Shown here piece after piece: positions 1 through 8,531 of a stretch of DNA of 47,249 nucleotides. Position 1 is the stretch's first letter. Each line of letters opens with the position of its first letter. Made by a program: the position numbers and the translations under genes. Under the pieces are notes generated by a model. The model saw only the letters and a program-made list of their open reading frames with translations. It did not search any database and had not been told where the DNA came from. The DNA lies in IMG/VR virus record IMGVR_UViG_3300036786_000032, positions 1 to 47,249 of that record; one strand, 5' to 3'. The DNA comes from a virus. Taxonomy: Duplodnaviria > Caudoviricetes.

Positions 1-2056
1 GGTACGGTTCCTGCAGGGTCTTGAACGTGACCACGTTCGTGCCCACCCTGGTCAGGCTGGCGAGGATCGTGAACGGGTTGGCAGCGGCGTACCCGTGCTC
101 GTCGATCAGGTAGCTGATGCCCGTCGACGTCCCGTTGATCGTGACGTCCTTCAGCCGGTTGTCGACGGCGAAGTGTCCGGGCATGTCCGTCTGCTGCGTC
201 AGCGAGAAGGTCGTCGTGAAATCCCGCTCTGGCGCCGCGTCGTCCAGGCCCGCCGTGTCAGCCGCGTCCGCTATCCACTGCACCAGCGGCGTCACGCCGT
301 CCCCGGTGTCAAGGTTGCCGACCGGCCAGTAGACGGCGGTCGTCTGGGCCCCACCCGCGGTCAGCGACCAGGCGCCATCCGGCTGCCCCGTCGTGTTGAC
401 GGGCCCGGGCACGCGCTGCCCCGTGTTCCACAGGCCGATTGCCGGGGCGCCCGTGCCGCACGGGGGCACCCATGGCGGGTTACGGACGTCCCCGGGTGGG
501 TATGGGAGCTGCTCCCAGCCAGCCAGCACGACGGCGTCACTGGGCAGCGGGTCCGTGGGCGTCGCCGCCCCGGTGTAGGTCAGGTTCGTCACCGGGTCGT
601 ACACGTACACCACCCCGCCCTGCCACGGGATGTAGCGGTCCGTGAGCGTGCCGTGGCAGTCAGTCAGCCTCTGGTATTGCGTCGTCGGGTCGGGGTCGTC
701 CGGCCCGCCGTACGGCGTGTATGGCGGGATCGAGGGCGGGAGCGTTGTGGGGTCGGGGGGCGGGACCACTCCCATGCCCGAGTCGGCGTCGTTGACCACC
801 TGCACGACCTTGAGCGACGTCTGCATCAGCCGGTCGGTTGCCCATGACTCTGCGATCTCATCCGTGTCGAACCGGCACAGGATGCCCAGGGATACCCGGC
901 GCACGTCGGACAGCGCCATGGCCGGTATGGCAGTCACGCTGATGATGTCCGTCCCCGCCGACCGCGCTACCGACAGGACCCGGCCCAGGTGAGCGGTCCC
1001 CGTCGAGCGCTGGTGCACGCAGACGTATGGGTAGAGGTACCAGTCGATCAGCGGCCCTAGGGCGAAGACGGTGATCGTGTCAGTCGTGAGGGATACCGGG
1101 GCCAGGTCTGCCGACGGGAGGGGCAGGTAGAACGGGTAGAGGCGCCCCCTGCGCGAGTCGAAGAACGCCTTGAGCTGGAACGCGTCGCGGCGCGACAGCC
1201 TGGTGAACGCCAGCGTCGCAGTCACGAGAGGTCTCTGCCCCTTGAGGGTGTATACCGTGGAGAGTCCGCTGTCCGAGGTCTGCGCCGGTCGAACGTACCC
1301 TTCGAGCAGGTCGGAGTTCGACCAGTCCGGCGGCACGTCGAGCACCGGGTTGCCGTCCGACAGCGCGTCGAACCCGTCGGGCACGGCGTCAGCGGCAGCT
1401 AGGGCCGGAAGGGCGGAGGTGCCCGAGCTCTCTATGGCCGTGATCGTCAGGTTTCCCTTGTCGTCTGAGAGGAGCTGCCGGTCCGTCTGGAGGAGAGGCT
1501 CCGCCTCGATGAGCGGGATCAGGCGAGAGTCGGTGTCATAGTCCCCTTGCACCGTAGCCGAGGCGAGGGTCGCATGGTCGGGTGCCACGGACGTCAGGGT
1601 GACTGTCTCAAAGTATCGCAGGAATCCGCCGCCCTGTGACCTCGCGTTGTACCTGACCAGGAGCGCCCTCTGTCCGGAGTAGAGCCTCCTGTACGTAGTG
1701 TCACACGGGACGATCGTCGATCCGAGCGGGCATGGACCGGTCAGCCTGGCGTAGTCGGGGTAGAGTGGGATGAGAGCCCGCGCGCTCCCGAGCCTTGCCA
1801 TGAGGCCCCTCAGGAGCTGGACGTCGCTGGTCGCTATGCCCGTGATCGTGAACGTTACGTGGCGCTGCGGCCGGTTGCGGAGCCCGACCCGACTCTCCGC
1901 CAGACTCATCGCTCCGACGACGTCAGTCAGCCAGACCGTCGATATGGACACGGCCTGTGCCCAGTTCGCGATGAAATACTGGGTCAAGGCCCACAGGTCC
2001 GTGGCCTGGGCCTGCGTCTCGCTAGGGACGATGGGCGAGGCAGCTACATCAGCCAC
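1..2056 (-). CDS. Distal tail/hub-type protein with C-terminal extension (3' end runs off window)
   Basis: Not in the ORF track because there is no stop inside the window. Manual translation from GTG at 2056 (overlapping the tape measure stop) stays open to position 1: MADVAASPIV..ANWAQAVSISTVWLTDV..ESRVGLRNRPQR..FFDSRRGRLYPFYLP..LCRFDTD. Its position right after the tape measure and these motifs fit siphophage distal tail proteins. Confidence 0.7.
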   Translation of the reverse strand, partial: MADVAASPIVPSETQAQATDLWALTQYFIANWAQAVSISTVWLTDVVGAMSLAESRVGLRNRPQRHVTFTITGIATSDVQLLRGLMARLGSARALIPLYPDYARLTGPCPLGSTIVPCDTTYRRLYSGQRALLVRYNARSQGGGFLRYFETVTLTSVAPDHATLASATVQGDYDTDSRLIPLIEAEPLLQTDRQLLSDDKGNLTITAIESSGTSALPALAAADAVPDGFDALSDGNPVLDVPPDWSNSDLLEGYVRPAQTSDSGLSTVYTLKGQRPLVTATLAFTRLSRRDAFQLKAFFDSRRGRLYPFYLPLPSADLAPVSLTTDTITVFALGPLIDWYLYPYVCVHQRSTGTAHLGRVLSVARSAGTDIISVTAIPAMALSDVRRVSLGILCRFDTDEIAESWATDRLMQTSLKVVQVVNDADSGMGVVPPPDPTTLPPSIPPYTPYGGPDDPDPTTQYQRLTDCHGTLTDRYIPWQGGVVYVYDPVTNLTYTGAATPTDPLPSDAVVLAGWEQLPYPPGDVRNPPWVPPCGTGAPAIGLWNTGQRVPGPVNTTGQPDGAWSLTAGGAQTTAVYWPVGNLDTGDGVTPLVQWIADAADTAGLDDAAPERDFTTTFSLTQQTDMPGHFAVDNRLKDVTINGTSTGISYLIDEHGYAAANPFTILASLTRVGTNVVTFKTLQEPY

Positions 2057-5000
2057 GGGTGGTCCTGTCCTTGTTGCTGAGCACGCTGTTCACCTCGTCG
2101 GCGTTAGCCCTCAGGAAGCGCATCACGCCTGACCTCCCGGAAGCCATCAGCCGCTCCAGGGACTGGTCGCTGCCCACGATGAAGGCTGCCGCGGGTCCGG
2201 CAGCATGGGCAGACCGCGAGGCAATGCCCCCGGCTGCCAGCGCTCCCCGCGGCGCGTGGACGGACCCGCTGGCGTATGAGCGGAGCGCCTCGCGCGGCAC
2301 GAGCCGCCGGTTGATCGCGTCGAGGGCCTGAGCGCCATAGTGGGCCACGGCCGCCTGGCTGTGCACGAACTCGCCGCCCGTCACGCGGATGACCCGCTGG
2401 TCCTGGACGGCGTCCCAGCCGGGTATAAGGCCGCCCGCGGCCGCGCCGCCGCCGACCACGGCGACCCCGGAGGAGTCGAACGCGTTCCACTGTGCCCCGC
2501 CCCCGGAGGAGTCGACCGACCAGACGCCGCTTCCGCTTGACCCCCCTAGCCCACTCACGCCGCCCCCCAGGAGCCCACTCACGAAGCTCGTCAGCAGCCC
2601 GGTCCACCCGGACTGTCCGCCCCCGCCGCCCGTGGCGCTCCCGGGCTGCGCGCCGCCGCCCACCTTGGCTGAGGCGTCTCCCAGGCCGATGGCGGTGAAC
2701 AGCGCGCCGCTGACCAGGTTGAGGAACCGCTTGGAGACCTCGCTCGACACGAGGCTCGCCAGGTTGTCCGCGAAGCCCTGGACCAGGTCGTGCAGCGCGT
2801 CTCGGGCGCTCTTGGCCCGGGTCATCACGTTCTTGAGCCAGCCCGAGAGCGGGTCCTCGGCGGCTCCCCTGACCTGAAGGAACCTGGCGGATACCTGGTC
2901 CTGGAGAGCCGTACCCCCCACCTGGTCGTGGACCTGCCGCATCCGCGCGTCCACGTCGGTCGTCTCGAACAGTGTCTGCTGTATCCGGTCGCGCTCCTCC
3001 TGGAGCCCCTCGAGCCGCCTCTGCTGGGACTCCGCACGTTCCCGGTCGCCCTGGAGGAGCGCAGCCTGATAGTCCTTCTCCGCCTTGAGCAGGTCGAGCT
3101 GCGCCTGCTGGCGGGTGCCCGCCTCCTCGGGGCTGATCGGCTTGCCGGTCTTTGCGGCCCTGTCGGCTGCGGCCTGGTAGTCGGCGTTCGCCTTATCGAG
3201 CTTCCCCTTCATGAAGTCGACTTCCTTCTGCGCGTTCTTGACGTTCAGGTCGTACTGCGCTCCCTCTAGGACCTTCAGGTAGTCGTAGTACTCGCTGGCG
3301 AAGACCCTCCGGTTGCGGTAGAGGTTCTCCTCGTGCGTCTGCGCCAGCGCCTCGACGCTCTTCAAGAGCTCGGGCGCGTCCTGGACGATGCCCTGGAGCC
3401 CCTCGCGGAGCATGTCGGCAGCCGACCTGCCTACCGCGCCGGCTACGGCGCCGGGGACGGCCGCGGCCACACTCACTCCCGTCGTCGGTGCGGTCGTCGG
3501 CGCGGTCGTCGGCGCCGCTGGCGCCTGGTACCGTGTGAACGCGGCACCCCCGCCGAACGTCGCCTGCACGGCGGACAGGTCCCCGCCGAGGCGCGACCGC
3601 GTGTCAGCTATAGCTTTAGAGGCCGCCTCCCGCTTCTGGAAGTCGGCCAGTACCGACCGGTCTACGGCCTGGTCGCTCGTGACAGGCTTCCGCCACGTGT
3701 CGCCGTACAGGGCGATGAGCCGCTGCTCCTCGTCCGTGAGCGGGTCCTTGCGCTTGCCGGTGAGCAGGTCGTCCTGGTGCTGGAGCGCGAGGATCGTATC
3801 CTGCTTCTGCTTGGCTCGCGCGGCCTCGTCGGTGTCGGCCTGCTTAAGGGCATCCTGTAGCGCTCCCTCGATTCCCGTCCCCGGGTGTGTGGCGTCCCCC
3901 TCTGTCCCCTGCCTCCTCCTGTGCTCGGCCTCAGCCCGCACCACGCCTCCCGCGAACGTGAGCGCGCCTCCCGAGCCGGCCAGGGACTTGGCCCGGTCGT
4001 TGATAGACTTAAGGCGTGCGCTGTCGTCGGGAAGCTGCGACGCGAGGTAGCCGCCGACCGGCCCACCGAACGCCGTCAGGGCGGACTTAGCCGCGGTGAT
4101 CCCGGTGCCGCTCGTGAACTTGAGCAGGACCGACGTGATCCCAGCCACGAACGGCGCGGTCTTGTACTCGATCCAGTCCCACAGCTCCTCTAGCTTCGTC
4201 CGCATGTACTCGACGAAGGTGTCGAAGCCGTACTGGCCGTACGCCCAGGCCTTGTCCCACCGGGTGTGGAGAGCGTCGAACACGTCCTGGAGCCGGATCT
4301 CGCCGCTCTCCAGCTTGGCCCAGAGCTTCTCAGCCCAGTCTATCGCCTCCTTGACCCAGGCTACGAACGGTTCCCACTCCCCGGTGACCTTCAGGATGCC
4401 GTAGGCGGCCCCCGCCAGCCCGGCGATCAGCAGCCCGCCCGGGGAGAGAAGCGTCGTGAGCCCGACCGCGATTACCTTGATGACTGCCCCAAACTCCTTG
4501 AATGCCGACACGACCACGGCGACTGCCGTGCCCCATTTCCCGAGCGCGGTGATGCCCTGGGAGATCAGCTCGACAACGTCGTGCCCGATCACGCTCTGCA
4601 GAAAGTGCCCGAGCTGTTCGTACGCCGAGCCCAGGGCTCCGACCGCGGCGGCCTGGATCGGGAGCACGGCCTCGCCGACGCGCGCCTGCCCCTCCTCGAC
4701 GCGCTTCTCTGAGGTCATCAGCTTGCCGAGCGGGGAATCCGCGAGCTGCTTGCCGGCCCCGGCGAACCTCTCCCCGAGAAGCTTGACCGCGTCCGCGGCC
4801 GACATGGTCCCCGCCCTGATCCCCTCCAGGCGGGGCTCGATGCGGAGCAGCGTCCGGTTCACGAACCCGTCATACAGCCCGCCGATCTGCCGTCCCATCT
4901 CTTCGATGGGCCGTCCCATCGCGGCGGCCATGTCGGCCGCGAGCTTGCGCGCCTCGTCCAGGTGGCCGTACGGCACGCCAAACTCGACGAGGTCGGACGT

Positions 5001-5375
5001 CAGGCCGCGCAGCCTCTGCTGTGAGACCTTGATCTCCTCGGACAGCCGCATGACCGCGGCGAACTGTTCCTTGACTGAGACCGCGTCCTGGCGGAGCGAC
5101 GCGGACAGCCGCGTGTCGTTCAGCAGCTTCTCACGGCCTGCCTGCACCGTCTGCAGGATCTGGGAGATCGCGAACTGGCCCTCGAAGTACTGCCGGACCT
5201 CCGCCATCACCCCGGGGAACGCCTGGCCGACCGCGCCCTGGAAGTTCTTGAGGAGTCCCGGCAGATCCTTGATCTGCTGCACGAACTGCTGCCACTGCCC
5301 GCTCGCCTGGGCCTGCACTCCCTGCAGGTTGACCTGCTGGCCGGGCTGAAGCCCTATGGTGGGTACCTTGCTCAT
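2049..5375 (-). CDS. Tail tape measure protein
   Basis: 1108 aa, Ala/Gln-rich and helical, with a hydrophobic central stretch. C-terminal AAGGLIPG..GGEFVHSQAAVAHYGAQALDAIN motif is typical of lambdoid-type tape measures. Follows the tail chaperone genes. Confidence 0.92.
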   Translation of the reverse strand: MSKVPTIGLQPGQQVNLQGVQAQASGQWQQFVQQIKDLPGLLKNFQGAVGQAFPGVMAEVRQYFEGQFAISQILQTVQAGREKLLNDTRLSASLRQDAVSVKEQFAAVMRLSEEIKVSQQRLRGLTSDLVEFGVPYGHLDEARKLAADMAAAMGRPIEEMGRQIGGLYDGFVNRTLLRIEPRLEGIRAGTMSAADAVKLLGERFAGAGKQLADSPLGKLMTSEKRVEEGQARVGEAVLPIQAAAVGALGSAYEQLGHFLQSVIGHDVVELISQGITALGKWGTAVAVVVSAFKEFGAVIKVIAVGLTTLLSPGGLLIAGLAGAAYGILKVTGEWEPFVAWVKEAIDWAEKLWAKLESGEIRLQDVFDALHTRWDKAWAYGQYGFDTFVEYMRTKLEELWDWIEYKTAPFVAGITSVLLKFTSGTGITAAKSALTAFGGPVGGYLASQLPDDSARLKSINDRAKSLAGSGGALTFAGGVVRAEAEHRRRQGTEGDATHPGTGIEGALQDALKQADTDEAARAKQKQDTILALQHQDDLLTGKRKDPLTDEEQRLIALYGDTWRKPVTSDQAVDRSVLADFQKREAASKAIADTRSRLGGDLSAVQATFGGGAAFTRYQAPAAPTTAPTTAPTTGVSVAAAVPGAVAGAVGRSAADMLREGLQGIVQDAPELLKSVEALAQTHEENLYRNRRVFASEYYDYLKVLEGAQYDLNVKNAQKEVDFMKGKLDKANADYQAAADRAAKTGKPISPEEAGTRQQAQLDLLKAEKDYQAALLQGDRERAESQQRRLEGLQEERDRIQQTLFETTDVDARMRQVHDQVGGTALQDQVSARFLQVRGAAEDPLSGWLKNVMTRAKSARDALHDLVQGFADNLASLVSSEVSKRFLNLVSGALFTAIGLGDASAKVGGGAQPGSATGGGGGQSGWTGLLTSFVSGLLGGGVSGLGGSSGSGVWSVDSSGGGAQWNAFDSSGVAVVGGGAAAGGLIPGWDAVQDQRVIRVTGGEFVHSQAAVAHYGAQALDAINRRLVPREALRSYASGSVHAPRGALAAGGIASRSAHAAGPAAAFIVGSDQSLERLMASGRSGVMRFLRANADEVNSVLSNKDRTTRG

Positions 5376-5794
5376 CCTGACGCCTCTTCCCTCAGCCAGC
5401 CCGGCAGCCCGTCGTCCTCATCGCCCTCCTCGCGCGGCGCGTCCTGGCTTAGCGCCTCGATCGCCTGGGTCAGGCGCTGGTGAGACTCTCCGCCGTTGGT
5501 CCCTGCGGCGACGGCGAGACTGAGGTCGGCGAGGAGGTCTGCCCGGCGTCGGCGCTCGAGTCGGTCGGCTGACTCGAGTCTGGAGAGGAGCTGCTCGAGG
5601 GACCAGCCTCCGTACGGCCACCCAGGCTGGCGGCGATGGAGGATTTCACCCTCGCTATGGCCGCGGGCGACCAGGACCTGGAGACAGTCGACCAGAGGTC
5701 TACCGGGGACCCCGTCGTCTTCTCGAGTATCGTCTCGATCGCCCGCACCCAAGGGCGGACCTTGGACTCCTCGCCGAAGTTCAGGTCGATCCAC
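5372..5794 (-). CDS. Tail assembly chaperone C-terminal (GT-type) extension, possibly reached by -1 frameshift
   Basis: Overlaps the 3' half of ORF 5470..6225 in the -1 frame and abuts the tape measure start. LVARGHS..I..WSLEQL..AD R.ERRRRA resembles GT extensions. True start is uncertain. Confidence 0.6.
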   Translation of the reverse strand: MDRPELRRGVQGPPLGAGDRDDTREDDGVPGRPLVDCLQVLVARGHSEGEILHRRQPGWPYGGWSLEQLLSRLESADRLERRRRADLLADLSLAVAAGTNGGESHQRLTQAIEALSQDAPREEGDEDDGLPGWLREEASG

Positions 5795-6225
5795 TCGGAC
5801 ACGACCGGGGCGAGGTCCCAGTGCGGAAGCTCGCCCACGTCGACGTCACAGCACTCGGAGACGATGCTGAGGCCCTCCCTCAGGAATGTCCCCATCAGGA
5901 CAGACATGAAGGCAGAGGCCTTGGCCACGGCGCGGGCCCCCTCGGGAGCTCCGACCCCTGGCAGCTCGATGCTGCCAGAGGCGATCGCCTGGGCGACTGA
6001 CCCTGCGGCGGCCGAGGCAACCCTGGCAAAGCGCTCTATGTGCCTGATCCCGACTGGGTATACGGTGACGCTCAGACTGCCGTCCGCGATCGGGACGACT
6101 CGGCCCGGGTAGAGTCTACGGACCTGACTCAGAAACTCCTGCTGCCTCTCGCGGGCCGCCTGGGCTGGGTCGAGCTTGGCTCGTCGGGCCTGGTCAGACG
6201 GGACGGACGATGCGGGTGACGGCAC
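5470..6225 (-). CDS. Tail assembly chaperone (G-like)
   Basis: Lies between tail tube and tape measure. Its Ser/Pro-rich low-complexity C-terminus coincides with the overlap of the second ORF. Confidence 0.7.
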   Translation of the reverse strand: MPSPASSVPSDQARRAKLDPAQAARERQQEFLSQVRRLYPGRVVPIADGSLSVTVYPVGIRHIERFARVASAAAGSVAQAIASGSIELPGVGAPEGARAVAKASAFMSVLMGTFLREGLSIVSECCDVDVGELPHWDLAPVVSEWIDLNFGEESKVRPWVRAIETILEKTTGSPVDLWSTVSRSWSPAAIARVKSSIAASLGGRTEAGPSSSSSPDSSQPTDSSADAGQTSSPTSVSPSPQGPTAESLTSA

Positions 6226-6291
6226 TCAGCACTCTCCTGGGCGGTCGCAGCCCTGCGCGGTAGGTCGGTCGTCCTGGGCTTATTGGCGCGC

Positions 6292-7122
6292 CTACGAACT
6301 CTTGGCTGGCAGGTCACCGAGCCAGTACAGGATCCGGCCGGCCGGCGTCGGCTGTGTCAGGTCGTTCAGCACGCTGAGCCGGACCTCTCCCTCGGAGAAC
6401 GCGTCGTTACCGAACCGGGCTGCCCCGGGGGTCATCGAGACGCGGGCCTCGCGTACCGTCTGCCACCGGTTGGCTTTGCGGCCCCACACCAGCAGCATGG
6501 TCGCCTGCACCGAGCCGAGCGTGGCTGGGTTAACCTGGATGTTACCAGAGTAAGCTCTGGGCGTATACGTGATGTCGACGTTGCCTGCTGCGGCGAAGGC
6601 TCCGCCCTCGGCGACTGAGACCATGCGGATGATGCCGCGCTCCAGGCTGACTACCTCCCAGTCCGTGCCCTCGACGTACGTCGTGGCGCCCGCGGCAACC
6701 ACGGTCACGCTGGCCAAGCCGTACACGAACGAGCCGTCCGGGTTGCGCACCTTCACGAGCGCGCCTGGGTCAGCGTAGTGGGGAATCGCTGCCTCTATCG
6801 CGGACACGGAAGAGAAGCTGGTAGGCGGGTTGGCAGAGAACAGGAGCGACATGTTGAACGGGTTCAGGTTGGAGAACACGACCTGATACGTCTCCTGGTA
6901 CGCCGTCATCTCTTCCGCGATCAGCCGGTTTATGCCCCCGTCGGCGTCCATCAGCTGCACGACCGTCGGCTGGATGCTCGGGCTTACCGGGGCTATCCGC
7001 CCCAGGTCGACGATGGGTTGCTCGACCGCGGCCGCACCTGGCACGAGGACGATCGGGTCCCGCTGCACGTAGCATCGGGCCCCTGTCAGCCAGAACTGCT
7101 GGAATCCTACGTTGGTGCCCAT
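6292..7122 (-). CDS. Major tail tube protein
   Basis: 276 aa, beta-rich, with NLNPFNMSLLF and YVEGTDWEV..RGIIRM motifs seen in siphophage tube proteins. Sits directly upstream of the chaperones. Confidence 0.75.
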   Translation of the reverse strand: MGTNVGFQQFWLTGARCYVQRDPIVLVPGAAAVEQPIVDLGRIAPVSPSIQPTVVQLMDADGGINRLIAEEMTAYQETYQVVFSNLNPFNMSLLFSANPPTSFSSVSAIEAAIPHYADPGALVKVRNPDGSFVYGLASVTVVAAGATTYVEGTDWEVVSLERGIIRMVSVAEGGAFAAAGNVDITYTPRAYSGNIQVNPATLGSVQATMLLVWGRKANRWQTVREARVSMTPGAARFGNDAFSEGEVRLSVLNDLTQPTPAGRILYWLGDLPAKSS

Positions 7123-7134
7123 CTGTGCGTCCCG

Positions 7135-7599
7135 TCAGAACTCAACCCTCGCAGTGGCGATGACCCCCTGCAGCCCGCGCAGGACGTCCGCCACTTCTGT
7201 TACCTCATCGGCCTGCCGGTCCAGGCGGGTGATGATTGGGTACGCGCCGTCCTCGGGGTCGACTGCGATCTCAAGCAGGCCCAGTGCCCGCGACGCGTCC
7301 TCGGTCATGTCGTCTATCGTGTCATCGTCGATGCCAGACTCGTGCCCGATCCCAGTCGGGATGCGGGAGAGCATCTCGAGTGTGACTGTGCCGGAGTTCA
7401 TCCCCTCGTCCCGCAGGAACGTCGCCGAGTCGCAGTGTACGGCGCATGCCAGCGGGGCCGAGTCAAAGTCATGGGCCGACCACTGGATCGCCCCGCGCTT
7501 CACGAAGTATCCCCTGGGCAGCGCGCGCACCAGCTCGACCAGGACCAGCATCACCAGGCGCTTGCGGCTCGTCGAGTATCTGTAGGGGACGTCGGGCAT
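7135..7599 (-). CDS. Putative tail terminator/completion protein
   Basis: 154 aa acidic protein directly upstream of the tail tube gene. Call is mainly positional. Confidence 0.5.
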   Translation of the reverse strand: MPDVPYRYSTSRKRLVMLVLVELVRALPRGYFVKRGAIQWSAHDFDSAPLACAVHCDSATFLRDEGMNSGTVTLEMLSRIPTGIGHESGIDDDTIDDMTEDASRALGLLEIAVDPEDGAYPIITRLDRQADEVTEVADVLRGLQGVIATARVEF

Positions 7600-7618
7600 A
7601 GGCGCGTGTCACTTCCGC

Positions 7619-7837
7619 TTACTGCATCAGCGCGCTCATGGCGAGGACCGTAAGCGACGCGACAGCCCTCTGGGCGCCGACCGTCGCTGCCATGCGCTTG
7701 GCCCTCTCGGATGACGACTGGTCGATGAACGCGGATAGGGCGACACGGCCTGCCCTGTCAGTCGTATTGTATACCGACCACGGTCTCAGTGTCAATGACG
7801 CGGACCGCTCGCGGGACGTGGGCAGGCGGACCTTCAT
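7619..7837 (-). CDS. Hypothetical neck-region protein
   Basis: 72 aa ORF filling the gap between connector and terminator genes, ATG start. Confidence 0.45.
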   Translation of the reverse strand: MKVRLPTSRERSASLTLRPWSVYNTTDRAGRVALSAFIDQSSSERAKRMAATVGAQRAVASLTVLAMSALMQ

Positions 7838-7844
7838 ATGGGCC

Positions 7845-8531
7845 TCAGTGCCTCTCGTGGCTGGCAGCCACGCTCAGGAAGTACGGGTGGTAGTGCGGCG
7901 CTAGGAAGCTCGACGCCGAGTTTCCCATGGCTACGGTGGCCATGGCCAGGTTCGCGCGCTGGAGCCGCTGGGCGGTGAACGCGGCCTGCACCAGGCACGC
8001 CCGCCTCACGTCGGGAGGGCACGTCGTGGGCACGTACCCGCCCGTGACCGTCAGCCGCAGCCGCGTGCCCGGCCAACGGGCGCTGCCGGCCTGAGACCCT
8101 GAGGAAGACTCCAGAGAGAACGGGTCCAGCCCAGGCGAGCTGACCCCTGGGCCAAACCCCGCGGCCGTCAGCCGGCCCAGCGTCAGGTCTGCGACGTAGA
8201 GGCTCGGGTCGACGGCTGAGTATGCCGGCGCGCCCCAGCCGGGTGAGCTCTCGACTGCCAGGGACGTGATGGGTGCCAGGTCCGACCAGGCTACGGCATC
8301 CCACGGCGATTCGAGCGTGACCAGCTGCTGGTGCGCGGCCCGGTACGCCCACAGGCGCCCGGTCAGTGTCTCAAAGTCCGACGTGACGACCCGCGCGAGC
8401 TCGCCGGCTCGCTCGCGCTGCTGTCCACCAGCCGGGGCGTCCAGCAGGTCGGACACGTCCCCCACGGTCACGAGGGGCGTGCCAAACGTGGAGGGCGCTA
8501 ACGCTGGAATCGTCTCGAACGTATTAGGCAT
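7845..8531 (-). CDS. Head-tail connector (gp6-like adaptor)
   Basis: LVTVGDVSDLL N-terminus, FETLTGR, and LTVTGGY..PPDVRRACL C-terminal motif typical of head-tail connectors. Confidence 0.78.
   Translation of the reverse strand: MPNTFETIPALAPSTFGTPLVTVGDVSDLLDAPAGGQQRERAGELARVVTSDFETLTGRLWAYRAAHQQLVTLESPWDAVAWSDLAPITSLAVESSPGWGAPAYSAVDPSLYVADLTLGRLTAAGFGPGVSSPGLDPFSLESSSGSQAGSARWPGTRLRLTVTGGYVPTTCPPDVRRACLVQAAFTAQRLQRANLAMATVAMGNSASSFLAPHYHPYFLSVAASHERH

Noticed and set aside
3481-3516. 12-bp tandem repeat (APTT x3) in the tape measure gene
   Set aside because: In-frame low-complexity linker with no further signal.
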